DNA of 63,358 nucleotides from Minisyncoccota bacterium (GCA_023137595.1 JAGLOZ010000002.1:1-63358), one strand, 5' to 3'. Positions 1-9,136 are shown, counted from the first letter of the stretch. Numbers and translations are program-made. The notes: generated by a model from the sequence alone, not told the origin.

Positions 1-90
1 CTGCGTTTTTCAGAGGTTCCTAAAACAAGTCAGTATAATAAAAAAAACCTTCCAAAAATTTAGGAAGGTAACCAATCAATATTACTATTT

Positions 91-567
91 CTATTCACCA
101 GGTTTGTAAATGTTTTTGACAAAACCGTCTTCCATCACCATGACACTGCCAGGCGTCATCATTATCTGCCAGAACCTTGCAGGTATTTTCCCTGCTGAAA
201 TTTCATAAAAATTCATTGGTTCATTATAACAATTCGACACCAATTGTAGCTGCACCGATATAACGCTCATAGCGTCTTGAAGATTAAACTCATTTACACC
301 TTTATGATGTATGGAACTGCCTATGCCTTTTCGCATCTTCATAACTGGAGTGCTCATTATTCTATAGTCTCCGTTTCTTAATCCTGCTACGGCTTTACGT
401 CCTTCGTCTATAAGTCCAACCATTCCGGCAGCCACAAAAGGAAAACCGATTAATACTGATAACCCAAAGATTAAAAGCATTATCCCTTCCTCTTTTATGT
501 AAAAGTATGTTAGCCCGGCAATAACGGGCATCAGATAACCTAGTAAAATCTTAGTATGGCTTTCCAT
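91..567 (-). CDS. hypothetical membrane protein (158 aa)
   Basis: ORF track. The N-terminus has hydrophobic helices. The ATG is preceded by a GGAGGAGG SD (rev-comp of 578-585) about 10 nt upstream. Confidence 0.6.
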   Translation of the reverse strand: MESHTKILLGYLMPVIAGLTYFYIKEEGIMLLIFGLSVLIGFPFVAAGMVGLIDEGRKAVAGLRNGDYRIMSTPVMKMRKGIGSSIHHKGVNEFNLQDAMSVISVQLQLVSNCYNEPMNFYEISAGKIPARFWQIMMTPGSVMVMEDGFVKNIYKPGE

Positions 568-719
568 CTTTTATTTTCCTCCTCCAAATCATTTATTAGC
601 AATTTTTATATGCTATTTCAAACATAATGCTAACAAAACACATCATAATTCATATAACAATAAACGTCAAGCTTAATTCAATAAAAAAGCACATTCAACG
701 AATTGAATATGCATATTTT

Positions 720-1385
720 TCAACTTAAGTTATTTATATATTCCTCCACCAACCTTGGATAGTTTAATATTTCTTGAGCAACCTCTTCTGATATAAATTT
801 ATTTTTTATATAAATCTCAAGAATTTCCTCAAGAGTAAAAAGAAAATGAACTTCAATACCCAATTCATGTAATAATTCAACCCCTCCTTGTTGACGATCT
901 ACGAGAACAATACAGTCAATCACTGCAAGATCATTATCTTTCAAAGGTTTAATTCCTTCAATTTTAGTATGACCTTTATTTACAACATCATCAATTGGAA
1001 GAACAACTTCTCCTTTGTCATATTTTCCAATAATATGAGGCAAGATTATTCTTTTGCCATCTGATTCCTCCTTTTCAAGAAAGACCAGATCATCACTTCG
1101 ACCAGCCATCTTGGCGAAAACTTTTGCAAGAGGATCGCCCGCTTTTGGAAGCCCAACAATTCTGTCAAATTTAATTTCTCTTTCTTTAACAAGCTCATTG
1201 AACAGCCGTCCGATACAAGAAAGAATTTCATCGCTCAAATCCCTGAAATTAAAATACGAAGGCGAACCTGGAGCATCCAGATGCTCATCGTGAAACTTAA
1301 ATTTAAATCCATGTTCACTTCCCGACTCCCTGAATTTTATATGCCCATTTTCAAAAAGCATTATTGCCAATTTTTCGTTATTCAT
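720..1385 (-). CDS. phosphoribosyltransferase, OPRT-like paralog
   Basis: PRPP-binding loop VVLPIDDVVNKGHT and an OPRT-like N-terminus (FKFKFH..PGSPSYFNFR). Start moved to the ATG at 1385 (MNNEKL), which has an AAGGA SD 7 nt upstream. Confidence 0.7.
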   Translation of the reverse strand: MNNEKLAIMLFENGHIKFRESGSEHGFKFKFHDEHLDAPGSPSYFNFRDLSDEILSCIGRLFNELVKEREIKFDRIVGLPKAGDPLAKVFAKMAGRSDDLVFLEKEESDGKRIILPHIIGKYDKGEVVLPIDDVVNKGHTKIEGIKPLKDNDLAVIDCIVLVDRQQGGVELLHELGIEVHFLFTLEEILEIYIKNKFISEEVAQEILNYPRLVEEYINNLS

Positions 1386-1535
1386 TATAACATCCTTTAT
1401 CACCAAGTATATCACCCTTTTTGTTTTGATAATTTTTAGAGATCGTTTTTATCCCCCATTTTTTTTAATTTGTTTAAAAATAGAAATTATTTATGCTGTC
1501 AAAATAAAAAAAGGTAGATAGCTCTACCTTTGAAT

Positions 1536-2474
1536 CTAGCCAGTTATTGGCCAACCGTATTTTCTTTTGAGATTCCACTCTTTGGGATCTTCTAGATATT
1601 TTTTTATGCTTTCTGCCTCTTCTTCTGTTATATATCCATATTCTACTCCGACTTCCAAGTGAGTATCAATATCCGTGAGAGAATGGAGTCGAACATCCCA
1701 TCTCTCAGCCAGATATTGTTCTCCTCCTTGTTTTCTGTCAAAGATTACAATTACATCATTAATTATCGCTCCTGCATTCCTTATATTTTGTATAAAAACT
1801 CCTTTTGATCCTCCATCAGTAATCAAATCTTCAACAAGAATACATACCTCTCCAGGTCTAATTTTTCCTTCAATTCCCTGACCGGTTCCGTATTCTTTTA
1901 CAACCTTTCTCGCGACCCCTACGCCTTTGAATAAATCATTAGCTATCCAAGTCGCAATCGCAATTCCTCTGGTTTCTCCGCCGATAAGTATATCAAATTC
2001 TTCCATAGCTCTTTGAATTTCGACTTGAGCAAAAGCACTCATTAGATTCATAATATCTGCCCAGGATGTAAGAGCGCCACCATCTATATAGATTGGAGAT
2101 TTTGTATGATTTTTAATCGTCCACGGATCTTCGTTATCTACCAGGAAAACATCAGGTGTTACCCAAATTGCAAGAGAAACAGCTCTTCTCCCAATATTCG
2201 CAAACGGATTTTTGAACTCAACAGATCTTGATATTTTTTCAGCGAAATCTTGATTGATTTCTTCTAAAATTTCTGTACCAGAAACAAGATCATTTAAACG
2301 TTCAGAGAAAAACATAATTCCATAGGCCTGTTCATCGTTATGAAACTCATAAACATCCACATTCAATCCTGGAATACGTCTTCTTATTTCCGTGTTCATC
2401 TCTGTTATAACAGCTTTCATTTCCCTTTTTTGAAAGAATGTCAAATACAGCTTCTTATTAATAAGTCTCGTCAT
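1536..2474 (-). CDS. pyrE: orotate phosphoribosyltransferase with an N-terminal extension of about 110 aa
   Basis: KSPIYIDGG and ILVEDLITDGGSK motifs typical of OPRT. SD is GAGGTGA. It lies downstream of pyrF on the same strand. Confidence 0.75.
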   Translation of the reverse strand: MTRLINKKLYLTFFQKREMKAVITEMNTEIRRRIPGLNVDVYEFHNDEQAYGIMFFSERLNDLVSGTEILEEINQDFAEKISRSVEFKNPFANIGRRAVSLAIWVTPDVFLVDNEDPWTIKNHTKSPIYIDGGALTSWADIMNLMSAFAQVEIQRAMEEFDILIGGETRGIAIATWIANDLFKGVGVARKVVKEYGTGQGIEGKIRPGEVCILVEDLITDGGSKGVFIQNIRNAGAIINDVIVIFDRKQGGEQYLAERWDVRLHSLTDIDTHLEVGVEYGYITEEEAESIKKYLEDPKEWNLKRKYGWPITG

Positions 2475-2531
2475 TTCCCATCACCTCTTTGTAAAAAATT
2501 TGCGGCTGAGATAAACTCAGCCAGTTTATTT

Positions 2532-3506
2532 CTATAATTTTCCCGCGCGTCTTCGTGCCTCATTCAGTTCATTGTTCGAAAATTCTGCTGATCGTGCTGA
2601 TGCTTCTGCGTAATCATAGGGATCGCATTTGAAAGGACCTTTTAGATATGCACCAGAAATTCCTCGAGATGAATTAACAATTCCAAAGCCATCATTATTA
2701 ACTCCGGCAACAGCTGCATCTGCCCCACCTCCTTGTCCAGCGCCATATCCAGGTATCAAAAACAAGACTTTTTCACCCAGAATTTGACGCATAATACCGG
2801 CATCTTCGGGATATGTTGCTCCCATTACAACACCAATATTACTATAACCAAATTCACCTTCCGTTCCCTTTCCCCAGCTAAGAGCGAGTTTAGCAAGACC
2901 TTGCCAGACTGTAGTTCCGTCAGAGAGTTTCATCTGCTCAATTTCAGAATTTGGATCAAAGGATGTCTTATCAACAATAAAAATTCCTTTACCATATTCT
3001 TTTATTACTTTTACAAATTCACTTATACAGGAAGATCCAATATAGCCATGAACCGTCATTGCGTCTAAATTGAAAGATGGAACTTTTACAACCTTTCTTA
3101 TATTTCCGTCCCACTTTTCTACCAGTCCAAGGTGGCCTTCTGCGTATGCCTTGGCTGTTGCTCCTCCGTCGCCACGTTTAGCGTCTTCAATGACGATAAA
3201 ACCAACTTCCTCGCATATCCTTTTGGTTTCTTCAAATGCCCAAACGCCCCATGCACCATACTTTTCATAAAAAGCCATCTGTGGTTTTGCAAAAGTTGCA
3301 AACGGGACTGAAGACTTTGCTATTGCGGTATTAAAAATAACAATAGCTCTGGCAATTGGCTCAAATCCTGTTTTGTTTTTTGCCTGTTCCCAGCCTTCTT
3401 GAAGTATATGCTCTGGTATGTGTTTTAATTGAGGATCAAGTCCTACACACAAAACACTGCCTTTTTCTCTTATATGTTTTATTGCTTTATCTGAAAATGT
3501 TTTCAT
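2532..3506 (-). CDS. pyrF: orotidine 5'-phosphate decarboxylase, type 2
   Basis: LCVGLDP and EDAKRGDGG motifs. SD is GGAAGGTGA. Confidence 0.85.
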   Translation of the reverse strand: MKTFSDKAIKHIREKGSVLCVGLDPQLKHIPEHILQEGWEQAKNKTGFEPIARAIVIFNTAIAKSSVPFATFAKPQMAFYEKYGAWGVWAFEETKRICEEVGFIVIEDAKRGDGGATAKAYAEGHLGLVEKWDGNIRKVVKVPSFNLDAMTVHGYIGSSCISEFVKVIKEYGKGIFIVDKTSFDPNSEIEQMKLSDGTTVWQGLAKLALSWGKGTEGEFGYSNIGVVMGATYPEDAGIMRQILGEKVLFLIPGYGAGQGGGADAAVAGVNNDGFGIVNSSRGISGAYLKGPFKCDPYDYAEASARSAEFSNNELNEARRRAGKL

Positions 3507-3561
3507 TCATCTTCACCTTCCGTTTATTTATTCTATTTCAAGAGAATCCGTCTCTTGTCGT

Positions 3562-3735
3562 TCAAATCCCATAAGCCGCATTAAATTTACATCCAGTACA
3601 TTTTTGGGATATTTCCACTTTTCTTTTCTGAACCGATTCCTGTAATTCATCTATCTTCACGGGACTTATTCCGTTACCGCAAGAACCATCGCCACAACAA
3701 TCTTCACAACCTCCAGTTTTTTTTCCTTCACACAT
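3562..3735 (-). CDS. small Cys-rich protein, 57 aa (MCEGKKTGGCEDCCGDGSCGNG...CTGCKFNAAYGI)
   Basis: Below the 60-aa cutoff of the ORF track, so translated by hand. ATG at 3735, TGA at 3562-3564. A perfect AAGGAGGTGA SD lies 7 nt upstream. It is the first gene of the pyrF strand block. Confidence 0.55.
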   Translation of the reverse strand: MCEGKKTGGCEDCCGDGSCGNGISPVKIDELQESVQKRKVEISQKCTGCKFNAAYGI

Positions 3736-4063
3736 TTATTTATCACCTCCTTTGAATTTTCAAAGATCAAACACTTCGGATTCCCTCCAATTTATTCAAT
3801 CTCTCTTAAATAAAAAATAACAGCATAAGCTGGTATTGTCAACAGCAATAATAATAACGTGCGGTCTGACTCCTGACATAATATATTTATGTAGTATAAT
3901 TTTAAGTTCACAATAGATTTGAAAACATTTTAAAAAAGGAGGAGTCATAATTAGATCATTTGAAAGAATAAAAAAGTTCCTTAAAAAAATAGAAACACCC
4001 GCTATAATAATCCTATTTATAATATTAGTTTTTACAAAAGAGGCAAATGTTCTTCGCCATAAT

Positions 4064-4453
4064 TTGTTACAACTAGTCTATATATTTATGATTATTATTG
4101 TTGCGAGTTATGCACATGAGATAGGACATTATTTGGTTATGAAATATTACTATCCAAACGCGGGTTCTATTCGTTTTGTTTGGGATAGAATATTCCTTAT
4201 ACCTGTTCCGCGAAAAGTTATATCGAAAGATTTGAATGGCGATATTACAATAATAAGAGCGCTTGTAGCTTTTTTCTCGGGACCAATTGCAGGTCTCATT
4301 GTGATAACTGTATTATCCTATCTTCTATTGGATGCATATTTATTCATAGTTCCTCTTTCGCTAGGGCTGCATAGCTCAAAAGGAGACTTTGAAAAAATAT
4401 ATATCACAGCCAAAGAAGGATTGGAAGAGAAAAAATCAAACCAAGAGACATAG
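4064..4453 (+). CDS. small membrane HExxH metalloprotease-like protein (M50/site-2-protease-like)
   Basis: AHEIGHY motif inside a TM helix, with further TM segments. The frame stays open back to 3947, where an AGGAGG SD (3937-3942) precedes ATA 3947 / ATT 3950. The true start may therefore be non-canonical, adding one more TM helix. Confidence 0.6.
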   Translation: MLQLVYIFMIIIVASYAHEIGHYLVMKYYYPNAGSIRFVWDRIFLIPVPRKVISKDLNGDITIIRALVAFFSGPIAGLIVITVLSYLLLDAYLFIVPLSLGLHSSKGDFEKIYITAKEGLEEKKSNQET

Positions 4454-4597
4454 TCTCTTTTTTTTCGCAATAAATATTTTATGTCAAAACAAAACTCCTT
4501 TACTATACCTTGTAATGTCAATTCTATATTTTTTCAAATACAAAAACACTCCTTTCCTGAACATTTATCATTCAATTCCAGCAATTTCAAACAAAAT

Positions 4598-4632
4598 AAA
4601 ACACAGAATAAATTCTGTGTTTAATTTTATTT
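4598..4632. terminator. bidirectional hairpin terminator
   Basis: AACACAGAA-taaa-TTCTGTGTT with A/T runs on both sides. It abuts the 3' end of tRNA-Trp. Confidence 0.6.
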
Positions 4633-4633
4633 G

Positions 4634-4704
4634 CAGGAGCTGAAGGAATCGAACCTACACTATCGGTTTTGGAGACCGACGTTCTACCGTTAAACTAAGC
4701 TCCC
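4634..4704 (-). tRNA. trnW: tRNA-Trp (anticodon CCA)
   Basis: Hand-folded cloverleaf. Acceptor GGGAGCT/AGCTCCT, anticodon stem TCGGT/ACCGA, loop CTCCAAA, T-loop TTCGATT. Confidence 0.85.
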
Positions 4705-4785
4705 ATAGGTCTTTGTTTTACTCAACATAAACGCAAAGTTAATCTATCCCAGGCCTAACCCAGTCACGGAAATGTAAAATTAAAA

Positions 4786-4918
4786 CAAATCCAAACTATT
4801 CCAAAGCTCAAATTATTCCAAACCAAGCTCAAATCACAAAGTCTTTAAAAATGTAATTTAAAAACATTTGAAATTTAGATTTAATTTGGAATAATTTGGC
4901 ATAATTTGAATTTTGGAC
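4786..4918. repeat. palindromic intergenic repeat, family E
   Basis: aaatccaaa/attccaaa/gctcaaat words, mirrored by tttgga/aatttgg words. A second copy lies at 33518-33635. Confidence 0.6.
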
Positions 4919-4997
4919 TTATTAACCTTAATTTTTCTAAACAAACTAGCCTTGCTGCGCGTATATTTCCCATTACATACTGACAAATAAAGTAAAT

Positions 4998-5159
4998 TTA
5001 CTTCCCTTTCATTTCCTTATGCTTAGTATGTTTCTTACAAAAACGACAGTGCTTATTCAGTTCAATTTTTTCTTTTTTTGTTTTTTTATTCTTTGTAGAG
5101 TAATAGTTAATTCGTTCACACTCTTTACATTGCATTTTTATCAGACTATCTTGTGACAT
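4998..5159 (-). CDS. rpmG: 50S ribosomal protein L33
   Basis: Hand translation gives MSQDSLIKMQCKECERINYYSTKNKKTKKEKIELNKHCRFCKKHTKHKEMKGK. This shows the CxxC...CxxC KHT.HKE signature. At 53 aa it is absent from the ORF track. Confidence 0.85.
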   Translation of the reverse strand: MSQDSLIKMQCKECERINYYSTKNKKTKKEKIELNKHCRFCKKHTKHKEMKGK

Positions 5160-5305
5160 AGTATATCAAATTAAAAGTTAAAAACAGCATAGATAACAAT
5201 ATCTATATTATACTGTAACACAAATAAAATAATTTATCAAGAGCTGTTGTTCTAAACTACAAAGACGCGATTAATCGCGTCTTTACTCGTTTACATTACG
5301 AAAAA

Positions 5306-5599
5306 TTACAACTTCACATCAATAGCTCCGCTTCCGCCTTCGTTTATTTTGGCTTCACAATATTCCAAATTTTCTTCGATTAAAATAGATCGGACATATC
5401 TATTCAAAACACCTTGATTGTTTTCAGAATGGATTCCCTTCCCTGTAATAATTCTTATTTTGTTATATCCCTTGCTATTTGCTTCACTTAAAAAATCAAA
5501 TATTTCTTCTCTTGATTCTTCTTTCGTAAGTCCATGAAGATCTAACTCAGCTTGAATGGTCTGTGGATATTTATTCTTTTTTTCTTTTTTACTATTCAT
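5306..5599 (-). CDS. Smr domain protein
   Basis: ELDLHGLT ... RIITGKG motifs. Start set to ATG 5599, 4 nt after the metK stop. Confidence 0.7.
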   Translation of the reverse strand: MNSKKEKKNKYPQTIQAELDLHGLTKEESREEIFDFLSEANSKGYNKIRIITGKGIHSENNQGVLNRYVRSILIEENLEYCEAKINEGGSGAIDVKL

Positions 5600-5603
5600 T
5601 TGC

Positions 5604-6662
5604 CTATAGATCAGACTCAATCTTTTCCCATGGAAGATTTGCTTTCCCAAAGTGGCCATAACAAGAAGTTTGACTGTAGATCGGACTTAATAGATTCAAT
5701 CTTTCAACAATAGCTCTTGGTTGAAAATCAAATTTTTCATTAATGATTTTGGCAAGACTTTTTCCATTTTCATCTAAAGCCTCAACCATAAGCGGCTTGG
5801 CCCTGCCTATAGCATAAGCAACCGACACAAGACACTCTTTTGCAAGCTTGTTAGCAACGATATTTTTAGCTACAAAGCGCGCCATATAAGCTGCAGATCT
5901 GTCAACTTTACTTGGATCTTTTCCAGAAAATGCTCCACCGCCATGAGGAGCAAGTCCTCCATAAGTATCAACCATAATTTTTCTTCCCGTTAGACCAGTA
6001 TCAGCTTCAAAACCACCTTGCACAAATTTTCCGGTTGGATTGACTAAGATTTCTATATTATCTAATTCATCGCCGACTAAATCGCTTATTAATTTTTCAA
6101 CAAGAGCTTGGCGAATTTCTTCTTGAGAAATGTTTTCATTATGCTGAGTGCTTATTAAAACAGACTTTATACTACCATCTTCAATTGTTACCTGTGATTT
6201 TCCATCAGGGCCTAGCCATGATATTTTCCCGCTCTTTCTTAATTCCTCCAATCCTTCTGCCAATTTGTGAGCCAAAACAAGTCCTTTTGGCAAAAATTCG
6301 TCGGTTTCATCAGTGGCAAATCCATACATGATCCCTTGATCTCCCGCTCCCCCGGTATCCACGCCCTGAGCAATGTCAGGAGATTGACAGGCAATGTTGC
6401 AATTAACTTCTAAATCATCCTTATATCCAATATCGCGATAAACTTCTCTTGCTATATTTTCAAAATCAACTTCGGAATTAGTAGTAACCTCTCCACCGAT
6501 CGCCAAATGGCCATGACCGCCAAAATTTTCTACCGCGACACGACTTTTGGGATCATTTTTCAAACATTCGTCAAGAATTGCATCTGAAATTTGATCACAA
6601 ACCTTGTCCGGATGTCCGGAAGTTACGCTCTCTACTGTATAAATTTTTGTCTTATCAAACAT
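5604..6662 (-). CDS. metK: S-adenosylmethionine synthetase
   Basis: ESVTSGHPDKVCDQISD and GGGAFSGKD motifs. Start set to ATG 6662 (MFDKTK). Confidence 0.9.
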   Translation of the reverse strand: MFDKTKIYTVESVTSGHPDKVCDQISDAILDECLKNDPKSRVAVENFGGHGHLAIGGEVTTNSEVDFENIAREVYRDIGYKDDLEVNCNIACQSPDIAQGVDTGGAGDQGIMYGFATDETDEFLPKGLVLAHKLAEGLEELRKSGKISWLGPDGKSQVTIEDGSIKSVLISTQHNENISQEEIRQALVEKLISDLVGDELDNIEILVNPTGKFVQGGFEADTGLTGRKIMVDTYGGLAPHGGGAFSGKDPSKVDRSAAYMARFVAKNIVANKLAKECLVSVAYAIGRAKPLMVEALDENGKSLAKIINEKFDFQPRAIVERLNLLSPIYSQTSCYGHFGKANLPWEKIESDL

Positions 6663-6869
6663 AGTGATAAATATTAACAAATAAAAATACTCTTCCGAGA
6701 AATCAAAGAGTTACGGCCCGTAAATAAATAACCTCCACAATTTCACCTCAGCTTCACACCATCTTGGTTTGAAAAAACTTTCAATATATAGCAATATCTT
6801 TCAATTTTTTTCAAAGCAATCTGGGATAAATCTGAGCGAACTCGAGAATATTGTTTATTTACGGAACCT

Positions 6870-7000
6870 TAGAAAAATAAAAATCGACCTTTTATCTTTT
6901 CCTCTCGGTCAACTGGTTTAGCACCTTCCTTAAGCTGTCACGCTTAGGGGGTTGCCGACGGATTAATAAGCCAGCGCTCTATCCGTACTCTTGATAAACA
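6870..7000 (-). promoter_or_regulatory. SAM-I (S-box) riboswitch with terminator
   Basis: The minus-strand RNA reads TTATCAAGAG...GGATAGAGCGCTGGC...ATCCGTCGGCAACC...GGTGCTAAACC...AGATAA. P1 is TTATC/GATAA. It is followed by the TTGACC/GGTCGA hairpin and TTTTTATTTTT. Confidence 0.8.
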
Positions 7001-7161
7001 CTTATTTAATTGTAATTATATTATATCAAAATATAAAAATTGGTCAACAAGATTGAATTCATTGCAAGATAGGACTCCACAATATTAACTTTCATAAATT
7101 TCCACTATTACAGAGACACAATTAATAGCATCTCTATATTTGCAAAAAATATTTAAACAAG

Positions 7162-7653
7162 CTATTCCCTGACTCTTTCTTCCAGTGTATAAAAAATATC
7201 AGATTTACCATTTTTTCTTTCTGTAATTTGAATTGTCAAATCCAAATTACCTTTTTCCAGAACAAGAATACCTTCTTCTTCTTTGGTTCGTATTTCCCAT
7301 TCACCTCTGTTCTTTCTTTTAAGATAATATTCTTTGACAGTTTGCGGAGAGTCAAAAGTGTTAAATGTCCAATGCTTTGAATCGCTTTTTGAAACTGAAG
7401 GTAGCCACATCGAAACAAAGGCACCCTCATATGGCTTTATGTGTAAAGAAAGCTCGTTTGGAACGCGATACTCTCGCCACAGAACATAGCTCACAGCTAT
7501 AAGCAAAAACAGACACGGAAAGAAAAGTGCTTGCGCTTGACGACGACTGAAAAAGAGAAATTCATCTTTAGAAGAAAATCCCAAATAATGAGTCAAAACC
7601 GCGCATGCCAAGACAATTACAAACAAAACAATTGTGGTTGTGCTAAAAATCAT
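7162..7653 (-). CDS. hypothetical membrane protein (163 aa)
   Basis: ORF track. Two N-terminal TM helices. Confidence 0.55.
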   Translation of the reverse strand: MIFSTTTIVLFVIVLACAVLTHYLGFSSKDEFLFFSRRQAQALFFPCLFLLIAVSYVLWREYRVPNELSLHIKPYEGAFVSMWLPSVSKSDSKHWTFNTFDSPQTVKEYYLKRKNRGEWEIRTKEEEGILVLEKGNLDLTIQITERKNGKSDIFYTLEERVRE

Positions 7654-7861
7654 AAAATATTTTTTATCCGGACCTTGCTAATTTTACTGTTAATTTCAGC
7701 TAAACTGCTTTCTAGAATTGGGTTTTAAAGAAATATCAACAGAGTCTATTTGAATTATCCTATTAAAATACTTCCGATTATTTTTTGCGACAAACTGCCC
7801 AAAAAGCACCCATTTAGTACAAAAATTTGACAAAAATTAATTGAGATGTTAGAGTTGAATT

Positions 7862-8001
7862 AGCAGTTTAGTGTAAATATCAAAAGATATTTATGCAAGC
7901 AAGTGGGAACGAAATAAAATTTCATCACGACTTCCAAAAACCTCCTACAAAAAACCCACTTGCGCTTTTTACTTTTCATTGCCGCTTGAAGCGGTTTTTT
8001 T
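7862..8001 (+). ncRNA. candidate small RNA (unknown class)
   Basis: Promoter TTGACA (7827-7832), 17-nt spacer, TAGAGT (7850-7855). Stem GCAAGTGGG/CCCACTTGC encloses a loop containing CCTCC. It ends in the strong terminator GCCGCTTGAAGCGGTTTTTTT (7981-8001). There is no plausible ORF and no downstream plus-strand gene. Confidence 0.3.
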
Positions 8002-8013
8002 GGTGTAAATTCC

Positions 8014-8556
8014 CTAATTTTCACAAACACCATCAGCCCATAATCCTCTCTTTGCTTCTCTTGCCTCTTTTTCTGCTTGTTTGAATTCACTTTGATACTT
8101 ATACGGCAAATCAAAAGTATACTCATAGGCATAACCTTCATTGATCATCATCTTATTGAAATTTATCCCGTCCTCCAAAAAAATATATTTCAACAATCGT
8201 CCATATTTATCCCTTTCACCAACAAGATCGTCCACCTCTAATCTAACTCTTTTACCACTTAATATTTCTTTAGCTCTATTAGATGCTTCTATTCCAAAAC
8301 ATTCTACTGGCCTACGAGGATCTACTACCTCTGGAGTATTAATTCCTATCAGTCGTACAGTTTCATTTTTACCGTCTATCTTAATAATTACAGTATCGCC
8401 ATCTATTACTCTGACAACCCCAAATAATGCATCATCTCGAGAACTATGTAATTTTTCCTTATCAATTATGGGATTGTCTAAAAGAACACCCAAACAACAA
8501 ATTAAACCAACAACAAACAAACTAACAGCAATAATTACGATATAGTTCTTATTCAT
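8014..8556 (-). CDS. thermonuclease (staphylococcal nuclease, SNase-like) with N-terminal TM anchor
   Basis: VIDGDTV...VRLIGINTPE...KYGRLL motifs. Confidence 0.8.
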   Translation of the reverse strand: MNKNYIVIIAVSLFVVGLICCLGVLLDNPIIDKEKLHSSRDDALFGVVRVIDGDTVIIKIDGKNETVRLIGINTPEVVDPRRPVECFGIEASNRAKEILSGKRVRLEVDDLVGERDKYGRLLKYIFLEDGINFNKMMINEGYAYEYTFDLPYKYQSEFKQAEKEAREAKRGLWADGVCEN

Positions 8557-8851
8557 AATTTTGTGTTAAATATTATTTTGCACCTTCCAAATAGATCTTG
8601 TCCTTATAATAAAATATATTTTCGCCAACTTTCCACACTTCTTCTAGATATTTTTCTAACTAATATTTAGATTATATCCAAAAACATAAAAATTTAAACA
8701 TCAATTTAAATTTACAAATTTTTATCCATAGCCCTATAATACTCTTAAAAAGTATGCTCGTAAAGAGAAAGAGAAACAGGATTGACATGTCTAAAAATTC
8801 GTGATTTTGTTTTAGCAGTCCAAAACAAAATTATCGGAGGATAAAAACAGA

Positions 8852-9100
8852 ATGACAGACTATATTATAGTTGTAAACATATTTACAATAGATAGCAACG
8901 ACAACAGACTCTTTAAAGAGTCATCTGAGCATATAATCAAACATTGCGCCGATCCAAAACTCCTTGAAGCTTTAGAAGATCTAAAGAAAACGGCAATTGA
9001 CAATTTTTGTAACAGAGACAAGAAATACAAAAAAACATGTTGCACTTCAAGTATTCATCAGATCATTAGAATACAAAATAATTCCACAACGATCTTTTAG
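8852..9100 (+). CDS. hypothetical protein (82 aa)
   Basis: GGAGGA SD 9 nt upstream of the ATG, and its own terminator at 9099-9136. Confidence 0.5.
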   Translation: MTDYIIVVNIFTIDSNDNRLFKESSEHIIKHCADPKLLEALEDLKKTAIDNFCNRDKKYKKTCCTSSIHQIIRIQNNSTTIF

Positions 9101-9136
9101 CTCACTTGCAAGAAAAAACAAGTGAGCTTTTTTATT
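9099..9136 (+). terminator. rho-independent terminator
   Basis: AGCTCACTTG-caagaaaaaa-CAAGTGAGCT followed by TTTTTT. Confidence 0.75.

Noticed and set aside
3760-3800. Tiny upstream ORF (GGAGGGA SD, then GTG TTT GAT CTT TGA) ahead of the Cys-rich ORF. Similar mini-ORFs occur in the metK leader (6730-6760).
   Set aside because: They are only 4-10 codons long and cannot be told apart from chance SD-like words by sequence alone.
7860-8141. ORFs 7860-8141 (-) and 7893-8084 (+) in the spacer next to the nuclease gene.
   Set aside because: Both run through strong hairpin terminators and overlap the nuclease CDS. Their composition is basic and low-complexity, and there is no SD. The region is treated as a candidate sRNA instead.
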